This document shows positions 10,601 to 19,324 of a stretch of 32,000 nt of DNA, piece by piece. Every line of letters starts with the position of its first letter. Position 1 is the first letter of the stretch. The notes beneath the pieces were generated by a model. It was not told the origin of the DNA. It ran no database searches and worked only from the letters and a program-made list of their open reading frames with translations. Source of the DNA: Promethearchaeum syntrophicum (GTDB taxonomy: Archaea; Asgardarchaeota; Lokiarchaeia; Sigyniarchaeales; Promethearchaeaceae); contig NZ_CP042905.2 of NCBI RefSeq assembly GCF_008000775.2, forward strand, positions 3,660,001 through 3,692,000, in the 5' to 3' direction. The position numbers were made by a program, and so were the translations under genes.

Positions 10601-13250
10601 AAACTTCTAATAAAGTATGATCTATTAATTCAACATTTTGAATCTCAGTGGAATTTCCTTCAACATAAAATGGAACTTCTAATGTGCTATAATCATAATT
10701 TGGGGCATGAGATATATTCAGAATTACGCTTTTATCACCATAATCTAACCCATTAAGACTTATATTCACCCAATACTCCCCGTCACTAATTTCAATCATT
10801 TTATAATTCCAATCACCAGTATCCCATGTTGTTGACGGATTAGAACCATTATATACTGTCAACGCGGAATGTGGAACACCTGTAAGATCTTGAGAATTAC
10901 TCGTGTCAGTAATGTGAATTCTAATAGTTGCATTTAAACCACTTGCTCTGGAAATGGTTTCATTAACGCTAATAAAAGTGATTTGGGTTTGAGCTAAAGT
11001 GACTGTAATATTAAAATCAAAAATTTGCGTTTTAAAATCAGTATATGTAATTGAAAAATTACAAAGATATTCACCGACATCTAGTTGGGAAGTATTGAGG
11101 TTAATTGAATAATTCCCACCAGTAAGATCTTCAAAACCCCATTCTATGTTAGGATTTAAAGTTTTTTCTAATATATTAGCTCCAATTATAGGATTATCGT
11201 TAATTTCTGTGTAATTCAGATAATAAGATGCATTGTGACCTTTAATAACATCTAAAGTAGAATTTGCAGTTAGTTCTTGTAATTTTGTATCAGAAACGAT
11301 ATAGAAATTATAGTCGAATGTGTAATTCATATAGTCTGTTTTATTTATTGTAATAGGAATAATTTTAAGCCCATTTGCAAGAAAGTCTGAAGGAGATATT
11401 GTTATATTGTAAGTTTCATCAGCATTATTTTGAACTTGACTTTGCCAACCATCACCTAAATTAAGATTATACCCGATCGTTGCCCCTGTTATATTATCTA
11501 AATTAAATTCATCAAAATATTCTAACGTAATATTAAAAGCGTTTGAATTGTCCAATATTTCAGTTTCATTAGTATTTTGAATAGAATAAGTTGTTTCTCC
11601 TGCTATTGTAATAAATGAATCGATGATAGCAATATCTGTTGCATTATTCCATGTAACTTGTACTTTATGATCGCCATATGTAGTTAAATTCTCAGAAATG
11701 ACCCAATTATTTAGAGATACAAATGAAGAATCAACCACTGATGTTAATTTTGAGAACACCAGTTCCTTATTAAAGGAATTATTATATACACTAAGGTTTA
11801 CATTTCCAGTTACAGGTTTTGAGAAAGTTGCATTAAATTCAAGTGTTTCATTGGAATAAACAATTCCGGTTTCCTTTCCTCCAACTCCAATTTTTACATC
11901 AGTTAATAGATTTGTTGAGTTAGAATACAAAATCCAATTTCCATCGGTCGCTTTAGTATCATAAACACTGACAATTTTTGATGACCCATTTAGAAATGTG
12001 TTATCTATCGCTTTTGATATGGAATCATTTTTCAAATCATAGGCAGTCCAGCTTGCGGGAATGGTAAAATTCAACGTGTTATTATTCAATCGGTGATCGA
12101 ATGCAGTAAAATTGGCTTCGGATTCCCAATAAACGTCAGAACCGCTTTCAACCGTATAAGTAGTATTTGCAATCATGGATTTAGTATAATTTACTTGAGT
12201 ACTATTAACTTCAAGGGCAAAATTATACCAATCAGCTTCAAATACATAATTTAATAGATTATTAATTCCAGCATCACCAGATTCATTCCAAAATCCTGAA
12301 TTATTAGTCGGAATGTTAGGATTATCATAAACAAGAGTATTATTGATTTTAAGACGTATTTCAGAAGGAGTTGTGTACGTTTTATTTAAGCTTAGTCCAA
12401 TTCTAGCTCCATAATCAAGACCGAGTTGGCTACTCCATCCACTTCCACCTTGTTGTGTCAATGCTATTGAGTTATTTCCATCTCCACCACTATCACTTCG
12501 ATAAAACCAATCACCTCTGAAAGTACTTTGATCTGGTAACTTATATAACCCAATAAACCAGTTATTATTGTAAGTTTTTGAACTGTCTAAAAAGGTTGTA
12601 GAATTTAGTTGAAAAGTTGAATTACTCCATTGTTGATCAGTATCATTTACAAAAATGCTACCAATTGTAGGTGCCGATGCGATGCTATAATTAGGTAATA
12701 ATTGATTAGATGAATTAAAAAGAACAACCCCTAAATTGCCATCATTCCATCCAAGTTGTTTTTTAACAAAAAAACTAGCATTTTTAATATAACAACTTGT
12801 GGGAGTGGTAAAAGAGGTAACATAAATAAGATCATCAATATATTGAGAACCAGCTTGGGTTTCTTCAATAGTTAATGTATGATTACTAATTGCAATATTA
12901 TTGATGCTTAGATCAACATAAGATGAATTAAAATCTGTTGCATTAGGTGCTGGTACTGTAAATGAATTAGAGATTTCATCAATGGTAATTACAGTAGAAT
13001 TATGATAAGCTTGGTGTATCGTAAGATTAATGTTGTTAGTTTGTCCTGATGAGTTTGCTGCGTAATCTTGTAATTTGGGAATATCATTAAATGGATTATT
13101 AGTAGTTTCTTGGCCATCATTTTTTATAAAACTATAGTTGAGGAGAGGACCAATTATAAACATGCAGAGAAATATAATGGTGATAACAATCTGCAATTTT
13201 TTGATTTCTTTTTTAAACGTTTTTTTAATCATAGTAGATTTCACTTCCAA
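7695..13250 (-). CDS. Giant single-pass surface protein: N-terminal signal/TM, ~1200 aa ectodomain, TM helix, cytosolic longin-like domain and TPR-like helical repeats
   Basis: 1851 aa; N-terminal hydrophobic LQIVITIIFLCMFIIGPLL; many N-x-S/T sequons; TM PPWAIWAIGIFALAIGSAVLV; cytosolic LQHLMIIYKNTGTSIFFKSF...GDKVLLFSDGDYIRVTLVLGK...YMKRNLAKFIAKFEAHYQ (longin-like strand/helix order); C-terminal helical repeats (ARSALKEQDFNNSIRFYEIAEI, GKKYEKMKDFNNALAEYGKVLDAA, AKEAEEKEDYVNCLVVYQQALN). Confidence 0.85.
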   Translation of the reverse strand: MEVKSTMIKKTFKKEIKKLQIVITIIFLCMFIIGPLLNYSFIKNDGQETTNNPFNDIPKLQDYAANSSGQTNNINLTIHQAYHNSTVITIDEISNSFTVPAPNATDFNSSYVDLSINNIAISNHTLTIEETQAGSQYIDDLIYVTSFTTPTSCYIKNASFFVKKQLGWNDGNLGVVLFNSSNQLLPNYSIASAPTIGSIFVNDTDQQWSNSTFQLNSTTFLDSSKTYNNNWFIGLYKLPDQSTFRGDWFYRSDSGGDGNNSIALTQQGGSGWSSQLGLDYGARIGLSLNKTYTTPSEIRLKINNTLVYDNPNIPTNNSGFWNESGDAGINNLLNYVFEADWYNFALEVNSTQVNYTKSMIANTTYTVESGSDVYWESEANFTAFDHRLNNNTLNFTIPASWTAYDLKNDSISKAIDNTFLNGSSKIVSVYDTKATDGNWILYSNSTNLLTDVKIGVGGKETGIVYSNETLEFNATFSKPVTGNVNLSVYNNSFNKELVFSKLTSVVDSSFVSLNNWVISENLTTYGDHKVQVTWNNATDIAIIDSFITIAGETTYSIQNTNETEILDNSNAFNITLEYFDEFNLDNITGATIGYNLNLGDGWQSQVQNNADETYNITISPSDFLANGLKIIPITINKTDYMNYTFDYNFYIVSDTKLQELTANSTLDVIKGHNASYYLNYTEINDNPIIGANILEKTLNPNIEWGFEDLTGGNYSINLNTSQLDVGEYLCNFSITYTDFKTQIFDFNITVTLAQTQITFISVNETISRASGLNATIRIHITDTSNSQDLTGVPHSALTVYNGSNPSTTWDTGDWNYKMIEISDGEYWVNISLNGLDYGDKSVILNISHAPNYDYSTLEVPFYVEGNSTEIQNVELIDHTLLEVSAHNFSLYQHNPQLQISFDFVDTEVIMTTLNYNDDGLFTYYVFIDGNSVSQSIAWNIGLGKNIGNITLPSLSSDIHNITIITSLFNYENATYSFNLTINDAITEAVIDSIQQDLITVIETSGNYSVYESHNLEIGILYNDTINNQRISGASISLLHFNGNDYDANWESNGIYYWELNSSDLEIGSYIITVDFSSDTYHDSFLTFNISVIPEVIITFTQYLPESIEEGAYVNLTFTLTYPNGTSQVPLAFAQIKLSTNNSEFIPIFATTDSSGNVTFRFQVPTGNFESLQIIIEYDGSQVGIAEDSYEVSIIVTKPIILPPWAIWAIGIFALAIGSAVLVQKKIIAPRKLKYTDMIMSSATIFDDAINLQHLMIIYKNTGTSIFFKSFADEMLDPDLISGFLTAVQSFGKELKTHKSLNELSYGDKVLLFSDGDYIRVTLVLGKPASPYMKRNLAKFIAKFEAHYQLTLQMWKGQLNIFQDTPDLIDEVLHTSVILPHEITVDSKLEKNLRNSFCKQILSIARGLVSEDRKFLFLAQLLADSIEQTKKESAEIVLAINDLLECKVLIPIKIEKLEEQELSDQEIRTLAERVSVVPNKTDQEKQDLLKELLVLSSAEREVILSSLMQSITITTEISGETITAKKFKDIKEAKKEIKSLDKQARSALKEQDFNNSIRFYEIAEIISYQWNMDSSGKKYGNLVITTTVDKYRTTIKQSQKQGKKYEKMKDFNNALAEYGKVLDAAHNLFKLGFLDVEILIKEFTKKVAEIKKQTKQVPTAEDFLTKDHLVNQRKKLLSKWKKAQKSQDMVLRNELTTKLLIISNFLFKFGQVSESENIKKYHFVLDEIQDVIEDSNEVYIQETATRISELKLKTQQYLEYAKEAEEKEDYVNCLVVYQQALNTYCQVGDAENAIKLSLKIEALFRKIPNLEKIIQDYKAESAKLRANGDHDNALINEQYAETLEDALFIPRD
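11933..12233 (-). repeat. Copy B of the ~301 bp near-identical segment
   Basis: See copy A. Encodes the same NSTQVNYTKSMIANTTYTVESGSDVYWESEANFTAFDHRLNNNTLNFTIPASWTAYDLKNDSISKAIDNTFLNGSSKIVSVYDTKATDGNWILYS. Confidence 0.85.
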
Positions 13251-13480
13251 AGAGCTCGATGTTCAAATGGCGAACTCTTAAAATATTCTATAATAATATT
13301 TCTTTTCAAAAATCATATATATTTTTTGTAAGGAGAGGTAATTGATATAAAAGAAATTCGATGCTATAAAAATGTGGTGCAAAAAAAAACCAAATCTTAA
13401 AATAATGAAAATGTCAAATGAGTCTAAAAATAAAAATAGAGCACTTTTAAAATTCAAAAGGATTATCATTAAAAAAAAAA

Positions 13481-14191
13481 TTAGAATTTTAAAATAATAC
13501 GAGCATCAACGGCTTTTAATCCGTCTTTGTAAATAAAAATTGGATTCAAATCCATTTCTGAGATTTCTTCGTGCTTGTATGCCAAATCTGCAATTTTTAT
13601 CAAGAGTTTTTTCAGAGATTCTAAATCTGCCTTATCATTTCCGCGGTATCCATCTAAAATCTTGAACCCTTTTATTTCATGAATCATTTCATCAGCATCA
13701 AATTCAGATATTGGGGCAATTCGAAAAGAAACATCTTTCATAATTTCAACTAAAACGCCACCGATCCCAAACATAACGGTTGCACCAAACTGAGGGTCCT
13801 GTAAAGATCCTACAATAATCTCTGTTATTGGTTTTGGTGCCATTTCTTGAATAGATATTGCTTTTAGCGGATCATTATCACAATCAATTTTCATTAATTC
13901 ATCATAAGCTTGTTTAGCAGATTCATTATCAGAAATATTCAATTTCACAGCCCCCGAGTCTGATTTATGTACTATTTTATCACTCATCAATTTCATAACT
14001 ATAGGAAAACCAGTATTTTTACAAGCATTTAAAACAGCCTTTTCTCCCTCTTTTGCAGGAACTAACACTTGTTTAGGAATTGGAATATCAATTACTTCTA
14101 AAAGTTCTTTAGATTCAAATTCTGTTAAAATTTTACGATTTGCTTTTTTTGCCTTAGAAATTATTTCATCAACGGTTGGCATAAGCTTCAT
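13481..14191 (-). CDS. acdB: Acetate/acyl-CoA ligase (ADP-forming) beta subunit-like ATP-grasp protein
   Basis: 236 aa; L..YGIP-like start LLEVIDIPIPKQVLVPAKEGEKAVLNACKNTGFPIVMKLMSDKIVHKSDSGAVKLNI, ATVMFGIGGVLVEIMKDVSFRIAPI, and C-terminal EMDLNPIFIYKDGLKAVDARI. Confidence 0.9.
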   Translation of the reverse strand: MKLMPTVDEIISKAKKANRKILTEFESKELLEVIDIPIPKQVLVPAKEGEKAVLNACKNTGFPIVMKLMSDKIVHKSDSGAVKLNISDNESAKQAYDELMKIDCDNDPLKAISIQEMAPKPITEIIVGSLQDPQFGATVMFGIGGVLVEIMKDVSFRIAPISEFDADEMIHEIKGFKILDGYRGNDKADLESLKKLLIKIADLAYKHEEISEMDLNPIFIYKDGLKAVDARIILKF

Positions 14192-14277
14192 TAGAAATAA
14201 TCGAAAAAAAAAGTTACTTTTTCTTATTTTAAAAAACAGTGAAAAATTACTTTTAAAATATAGAAGGAATTTGAGTC

Positions 14278-15309
14278 TTACTTGCTAGCTTGTTTGAAAA
14301 ATAACTCAATTCCAATCATGTTAAAAGCATCCCTTACATTTTCACCGGATTTAGCGGATGATTCTAAAAAGGAACAACGCAATATTGAGCCTAACACGCT
14401 CCCTTCATTAGTTGAAACCACTCGAGACTCATTTAAGTCGATCTTATTTCCGAGCAATATTATTGGAATATCCGGTAAAACGGCTCTAATATCCTTGATC
14501 CAATTCGAAACAGATTCGAAGGTTTTACGATTAGTGATGTCATATGCAATAAAAGCTGCGTTTGCTCCGCGATAATATGCTTTTCGCACTCGTTGAAAAA
14601 ATTTTTGACCCGCCAAGTCCCAGATCATAAAATTCAGAATCTTATCTTCAAATCCCTGAATGTAATATTCTTGATTAGTAATTGAAATCCCCAAAGTAGG
14701 TTTGTATTCAGAATAAAACTGATTGGTTACAAATCTATTTATTAAAGTGGTTTTCCCAACACTAGGGTCTCCTAAAACAATTAATTTAAATCTAAGATTT
14801 CTCTTTTTCTTCAATTCATTTCTTATTTGATCTTCATTTACTTTCAAATCTTTGATTTTTTTAGCTGACAGTGAAAGTTCGGGACCTAATTGAAGATTTG
14901 GAACATTTAGAGAGATATTTTGTGTTTCCCCTTCAAGTATTTTCGATATTTTCTCAGCGATTAGGAAACTATAAGGTAATACATTATTCATCTCGACATC
15001 ATAGCGAAATACTGATAATAAGATAGCTTCAGTACCAGCTTCAAGAAAAATTAAACGGTAATCTTCAACATCAAAAGTGCCAATTCCATATGATCCTGCA
15101 TACTCTTTAGTTATTCGTTTTAAAGTAGTTTCCACTATCCCGGCAATTGCCCCATAAATTTCTTCAATATTTCTCTCTTCTTCTGGGGGAGTTTTCTTTT
15201 GTAATAATAATCCATCTCTGTTAAAAATGTAGACAGCTTCAATATATTCTTTGGTAACTACAAAATAATTATCCAATAAAATATCAAGCTGCTCATTAAT
15301 ATTTGCCAT
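14278..15309 (-). CDS. Roadblock/LC7-like domain fused to a Ras/Rab-like small GTPase
   Basis: 343 aa. N-terminal ~130 aa matches the Roadblock/MglB pattern (IEAVYIFNRDGLLLQKKT...IYGAIAGIVETTLKRI...YRLIFLEAGTEAILLSVFR). C-terminal ~175 aa has G1 GDPSVGKTT, G3 WDLAGQ, G4 GNKIDL, G5 SSAKSG. No C-terminal prenylation Cys. Confidence 0.92.
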   Translation of the reverse strand: MANINEQLDILLDNYFVVTKEYIEAVYIFNRDGLLLQKKTPPEEERNIEEIYGAIAGIVETTLKRITKEYAGSYGIGTFDVEDYRLIFLEAGTEAILLSVFRYDVEMNNVLPYSFLIAEKISKILEGETQNISLNVPNLQLGPELSLSAKKIKDLKVNEDQIRNELKKKRNLRFKLIVLGDPSVGKTTLINRFVTNQFYSEYKPTLGISITNQEYYIQGFEDKILNFMIWDLAGQKFFQRVRKAYYRGANAAFIAYDITNRKTFESVSNWIKDIRAVLPDIPIILLGNKIDLNESRVVSTNEGSVLGSILRCSFLESSAKSGENVRDAFNMIGIELFFKQASK

Positions 15310-15397
15310 AACTTAATTTAATAAGGCAATTTGATCCCAAAAAGGTTTTTACTGTAGTAGGAAAAAGTTAAAAAAAAAAAAATTGTTATTAATGTTT

Positions 15398-18337
15398 CTA
15401 AAGGTGAAGCTGTTTTCTAAAATAGATTTTTAGAATCTCAACACACCCGATAGTTACTATAATAGAAGGAATAACCCAAAGCCAATCTACTGCATCTAAA
15501 GGAATAACAGAGAAAATATTTCCAAGTCCTCTCCAGAAATACAGTAAAATTGTCAACACAACCGAGATCCCTACAGAGAATAGCATAGGTTTATTCTTAA
15601 AGAAGCCGATTTTAAAGAGAGAATTGTATTCACTACGACAATTGAATGCATTACTCATTTCTGCGACCATCATAACCAAAAAGGTAACAGAACGAGCTTT
15701 CCAAAGAATATATCGATCTAATAAAAGTGCCTCTTCCATATCCTCAACAGGAACTCCACTTTCTAAAAGATGCTGATAAAGTCCAGATTCGCTATCATAT
15801 TTTATTATAAGATTTGTTTTAACACCTTCAGTATCAATTAAATCTTCAAATTCATAAATTAAATCTCTAAAACCATCAGGAACCTCAGTGGGCATGAATC
15901 CTGTAACTCTATCATATAATATATAGATCCCTAAGATTAACGCCGTTAATATCACACCTCGATACAACATTGTTATAATGAAATTTTTCGTTAGAAGCGG
16001 TTCATCTATTGGTCGGGGTTTTTGTTTCATTAATGTTGGATCATAAGGATCGAAACCCAAAGCGACAGCTGGAGCACCATCTGTGACAAGATTAATCCAT
16101 AATAATTGGGTAGCCACTAGAGGAGGTGGTAGGAAGAATGAAGCGATGAATAAAACTAAAACTTCCATTACATTTGAAGAAAGTAGATATTGGATGAATT
16201 TTTTGATATTATCATAAATACCACGACCTTCTTCAACAGCATGAACAATTGTTGCAAAATTATCATCTGCCAAAACCATGACAGCAGCTTCTTTAGAAAC
16301 ATCAGTTCCCGTAATTCCCATAGCCACACCAACATCTGCATTTTTCAATGCGGGAGCATCATTTACACCATCTCCAGTCATTGCAACAACAAATCCTTTA
16401 TTTTGCAGCGCTTTTACAATATTTTGTTTGTGTTCAGGACTAACTCGTGCAAAAACATGACAATCAGAAATATCATCATCTGACATATCCGGAATATCTT
16501 TTCCTTGATGCGTTATTTCGCCTGGATTAACCATACCTAATTCCCGGGCAATTGCAGTAGCTGTAATTAAATTATCCCCTGTAATCATTTTTACTCCGAT
16601 TCCAGCTTGTTTACATTCTTTAATTGCAACTTTTACTTCATCTCTAGGAGGATCTATCATAAATTGCATTCCTATAAAGGTCAAATCCTTCTCCATTTCT
16701 TCAACTTCAACTTTTATTCCTTCAGCATCTCGATAAGCAAATCCTAATCCCCGTAAGGCTTCATCAGCTTTCTGTTCATATGCTTCTAAAATCTGTTTCT
16801 TATCTTCTGCTGTTATAGGTCGATTTTGACCATCAATTTGAATATTGTTACATAAATCCAATAAAATTTCCGTAGCACCCTTAACATATGCAATTTTTTT
16901 ACCTTCAATTTCATGGATTACTGTCATACGTTTACGAGTTGAATCAAAAGGTATCTCGTCTAATCTTGGAAATTTCTTTTGATAAGTCGCATGTTCCATT
17001 CCAGCTTTCCAAGCAGATGTTATTAAACATCCCTCAGTCGGATCACCAAAGGTATTCCATTTCTTTGTCTTTTCGTCTTGATTTAATCTTGCATTATTAC
17101 ATAACAATCCGATTTTTAAAGTTAAATCTAAATCAGGAATAGAAGCAGTTTGAATTTCACTTCCCTCTAATAAGATTTTCCCTTCAGGTGCATATCCAGA
17201 ACCTGTGAAATCATATATTTTACCTCCAGCCCAAGCAGATCTTACTGTCATTTCATTTTTTGTTAAAGTTCCGGTTTTATCAGAACATATGACACTAGTA
17301 CATCCTAATGTTTCTACAGAATGTAATTTTTTAATGATTGCATTTTGTTCTGACATTCGTGTAACTCCAATAGCTAAACACACTGAAACAACAGCAGGTA
17401 AACCTTCAGGAATTGCAGCAACAGCCAAAGCAACACCAGCTAATATGGATTCCATAATTCCAAAGCTAGCACCAAACCATAAGAAGCGAGCAATATAAAC
17501 AAGAGAAACTGCTACACAAATCAATAATATAATCTTTCCTAACCATACTCCAAAATCTTCAAGATTTTTTTGAAGAGGGGTCATTTTATCTTCAGCTTCG
17601 GAAATCATAGTTGCAATTTTTCCAACTTCAGTTTTCATTCCTGTTTCGGTAATGATTGCTTTTCCTCTACCATATGTAGCCAAAGTTGAAGAAAAGACCA
17701 TATTTTTCCTTTCCGCTAATGGACATTCCACATCTTCAATTATATTTGATTGCTTATTTACTGGAACGCTTTCTCCAGTTAAAGCAGCTTCTTCGACTTT
17801 TAGATTAGATTGCTCGATTATTCTGCCATCGGCTGGTAACATATCACCTTCGTGGAGAACTATCAAATCTCCTGGTACTAATTCACGTGCCTTGACTGTA
17901 ATTTCTTTTCCATCGCGTATAACTTGAGATTCCGGTGCAGCAAAATTTTTTAATGCTTCTATTGCTTCGTCCGCTTTACCCTCTTGAATAAATCCAATAA
18001 TTGCGTTTAAAACTACAATTACAGCAATTACGATCCAATCATCACCTAAGGATCCGTATTCAATGAAATTGAAAACAGCTGAGATAATTGCTGAAAAGAT
18101 TAAGATGTAGATTAATACATCCTTAAATTGATCAAGAAAAACTTTCCATCTAGGTCGTTTTTCCTCAGCTTTTAATTCATTAGGTCCGTATTTTTCAAAA
18201 CGAGTTTTTACTTCTGCACTGGATAATCCGCTATTACTTGATGTTGATAAATTTTTCTCAACCTCCTCTTTAGAGAGGGTAAACCAATTAATTTCGGGTT
18301 CAATTGGTATTTCTTCAACAATTTCTTGATTTTCCAT
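15398..18337 (-). CDS. Cation-transporting P-type ATPase, SERCA-like (P2A) Ca2+ pump
   Basis: 979 aa; TGES, DKTGTLTKNE phosphorylation motif, MITGDN, TGDGVNDAPALK; M4 AAIPEGLPAVV; M5 LSSNVMEVLVLF; M6 LLWINLVTDGAPAVALGFDP. Confidence 0.95.
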   Translation of the reverse strand: MENQEIVEEIPIEPEINWFTLSKEEVEKNLSTSSNSGLSSAEVKTRFEKYGPNELKAEEKRPRWKVFLDQFKDVLIYILIFSAIISAVFNFIEYGSLGDDWIVIAVIVVLNAIIGFIQEGKADEAIEALKNFAAPESQVIRDGKEITVKARELVPGDLIVLHEGDMLPADGRIIEQSNLKVEEAALTGESVPVNKQSNIIEDVECPLAERKNMVFSSTLATYGRGKAIITETGMKTEVGKIATMISEAEDKMTPLQKNLEDFGVWLGKIILLICVAVSLVYIARFLWFGASFGIMESILAGVALAVAAIPEGLPAVVSVCLAIGVTRMSEQNAIIKKLHSVETLGCTSVICSDKTGTLTKNEMTVRSAWAGGKIYDFTGSGYAPEGKILLEGSEIQTASIPDLDLTLKIGLLCNNARLNQDEKTKKWNTFGDPTEGCLITSAWKAGMEHATYQKKFPRLDEIPFDSTRKRMTVIHEIEGKKIAYVKGATEILLDLCNNIQIDGQNRPITAEDKKQILEAYEQKADEALRGLGFAYRDAEGIKVEVEEMEKDLTFIGMQFMIDPPRDEVKVAIKECKQAGIGVKMITGDNLITATAIARELGMVNPGEITHQGKDIPDMSDDDISDCHVFARVSPEHKQNIVKALQNKGFVVAMTGDGVNDAPALKNADVGVAMGITGTDVSKEAAVMVLADDNFATIVHAVEEGRGIYDNIKKFIQYLLSSNVMEVLVLFIASFFLPPPLVATQLLWINLVTDGAPAVALGFDPYDPTLMKQKPRPIDEPLLTKNFIITMLYRGVILTALILGIYILYDRVTGFMPTEVPDGFRDLIYEFEDLIDTEGVKTNLIIKYDSESGLYQHLLESGVPVEDMEEALLLDRYILWKARSVTFLVMMVAEMSNAFNCRSEYNSLFKIGFFKNKPMLFSVGISVVLTILLYFWRGLGNIFSVIPLDAVDWLWVIPSIIVTIGCVEILKIYFRKQLHL

Positions 18338-18420
18338 TATTTATTCGCCGTAAAAAAGAGTGAATAATTCACTCAATGTTGGGAAAAGAAGATTTTAATA
18401 AATTAAAAAGTTGATTAATT

Positions 18421-19299
18421 CTATTTTGTGAATTGTTTTTCTTCTATAATAAAATTTCCACCCATTTCTTCAACCGAATCATGAAGAATTTGATATAAAT
18501 TATTCATATTTTTAGAAATATTTTCTTTATTTGAAAAGGAAGTTAAATGCAATTCCACAGCATAATCTAGGTGGTTGTTGATCATTCTCTTATGTGGATG
18601 AGTTTTTATCCAAATTTCGGGATATTTATTTTTAATCTCAACTATTTTCTGACCCAATTTGGATTCAGATAAATTATGAAATATAAAACTACGTTCATGA
18701 TATACCCCTTTTTCAGCAGATTTTAGTTCCTTTAATTCAGGAATGATATTATTAGAAAAAATTGACTGTAATTCCGCAGGAACTCCGGGCATACATATTA
18801 TTTTTGACCGCCCATTAGTAAATGAATTATCTATATAAACTCCTGGGGCCGCCCCCTCTTGATTAATTAGAGGCTTGCTCCCCTTTGGAAGATTGGCCAT
18901 TTTTTTTACATTAGGATAATTTTTGACTAAATATTGCTCAATATTGGTAATTTTGTCAAATCTTTTTGGATATCTCTGTTTAAAAGTGAATTGAATCATT
19001 TTAAATGCTTCATCATTATATTCTAGAGAACAAGGAGGATTTAATCCCATGGAAACACCTTCTATTGTCATATCATCATATGTAGGCCCCAAACCACCTG
19101 ATGTGAAGATATATTCCGGTATTCTTCTAATAGAATCTTGAATTGTGGTTTTTATAATTTCTAAATCATCTGGGATAGTGGTTATTCGGGAAATTTTTAT
19201 ACCAAGGTGTAATAACTGCTCAATCATCCATTGACCATTTGTATCACGGATTTTACCGATTAATAACTCGTTTCCGATTAAAATTATTTCACAATCCAT
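18421..19299 (-). CDS. CinA-family protein (molybdopterin-binding-like, nicotinamide-nucleotide amidohydrolase-related)
   Basis: 292 aa; EIILIGNELLIGKIRDTNGQWMIEQLLHLGIKISRITTIPDDLEII...IFTSGGLGPTYDDMTIEGV...LPKGSKPLINQEGAAPGVYI...CMPGVPAELQSIF. No C-terminal PncC amidase domain. Confidence 0.92.
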   Translation of the reverse strand: MDCEIILIGNELLIGKIRDTNGQWMIEQLLHLGIKISRITTIPDDLEIIKTTIQDSIRRIPEYIFTSGGLGPTYDDMTIEGVSMGLNPPCSLEYNDEAFKMIQFTFKQRYPKRFDKITNIEQYLVKNYPNVKKMANLPKGSKPLINQEGAAPGVYIDNSFTNGRSKIICMPGVPAELQSIFSNNIIPELKELKSAEKGVYHERSFIFHNLSESKLGQKIVEIKNKYPEIWIKTHPHKRMINNHLDYAVELHLTSFSNKENISKNMNNLYQILHDSVEEMGGNFIIEEKQFTK

Positions 19300-19324
19300 A
19301 ATATAAATAAAAGTCGAATGCCTA

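Noticed and set aside
13278-13469. 63 aa minus-strand hydrophobic ORF
   Set aside because: Very AT-rich low-complexity spacer translated as Phe/Ile/Leu; no homology-like features.
16190-17927. Plus-strand ORFs antisense to the Ca2+ ATPase
   Set aside because: The opposite strand is unambiguously a conserved P-type ATPase.
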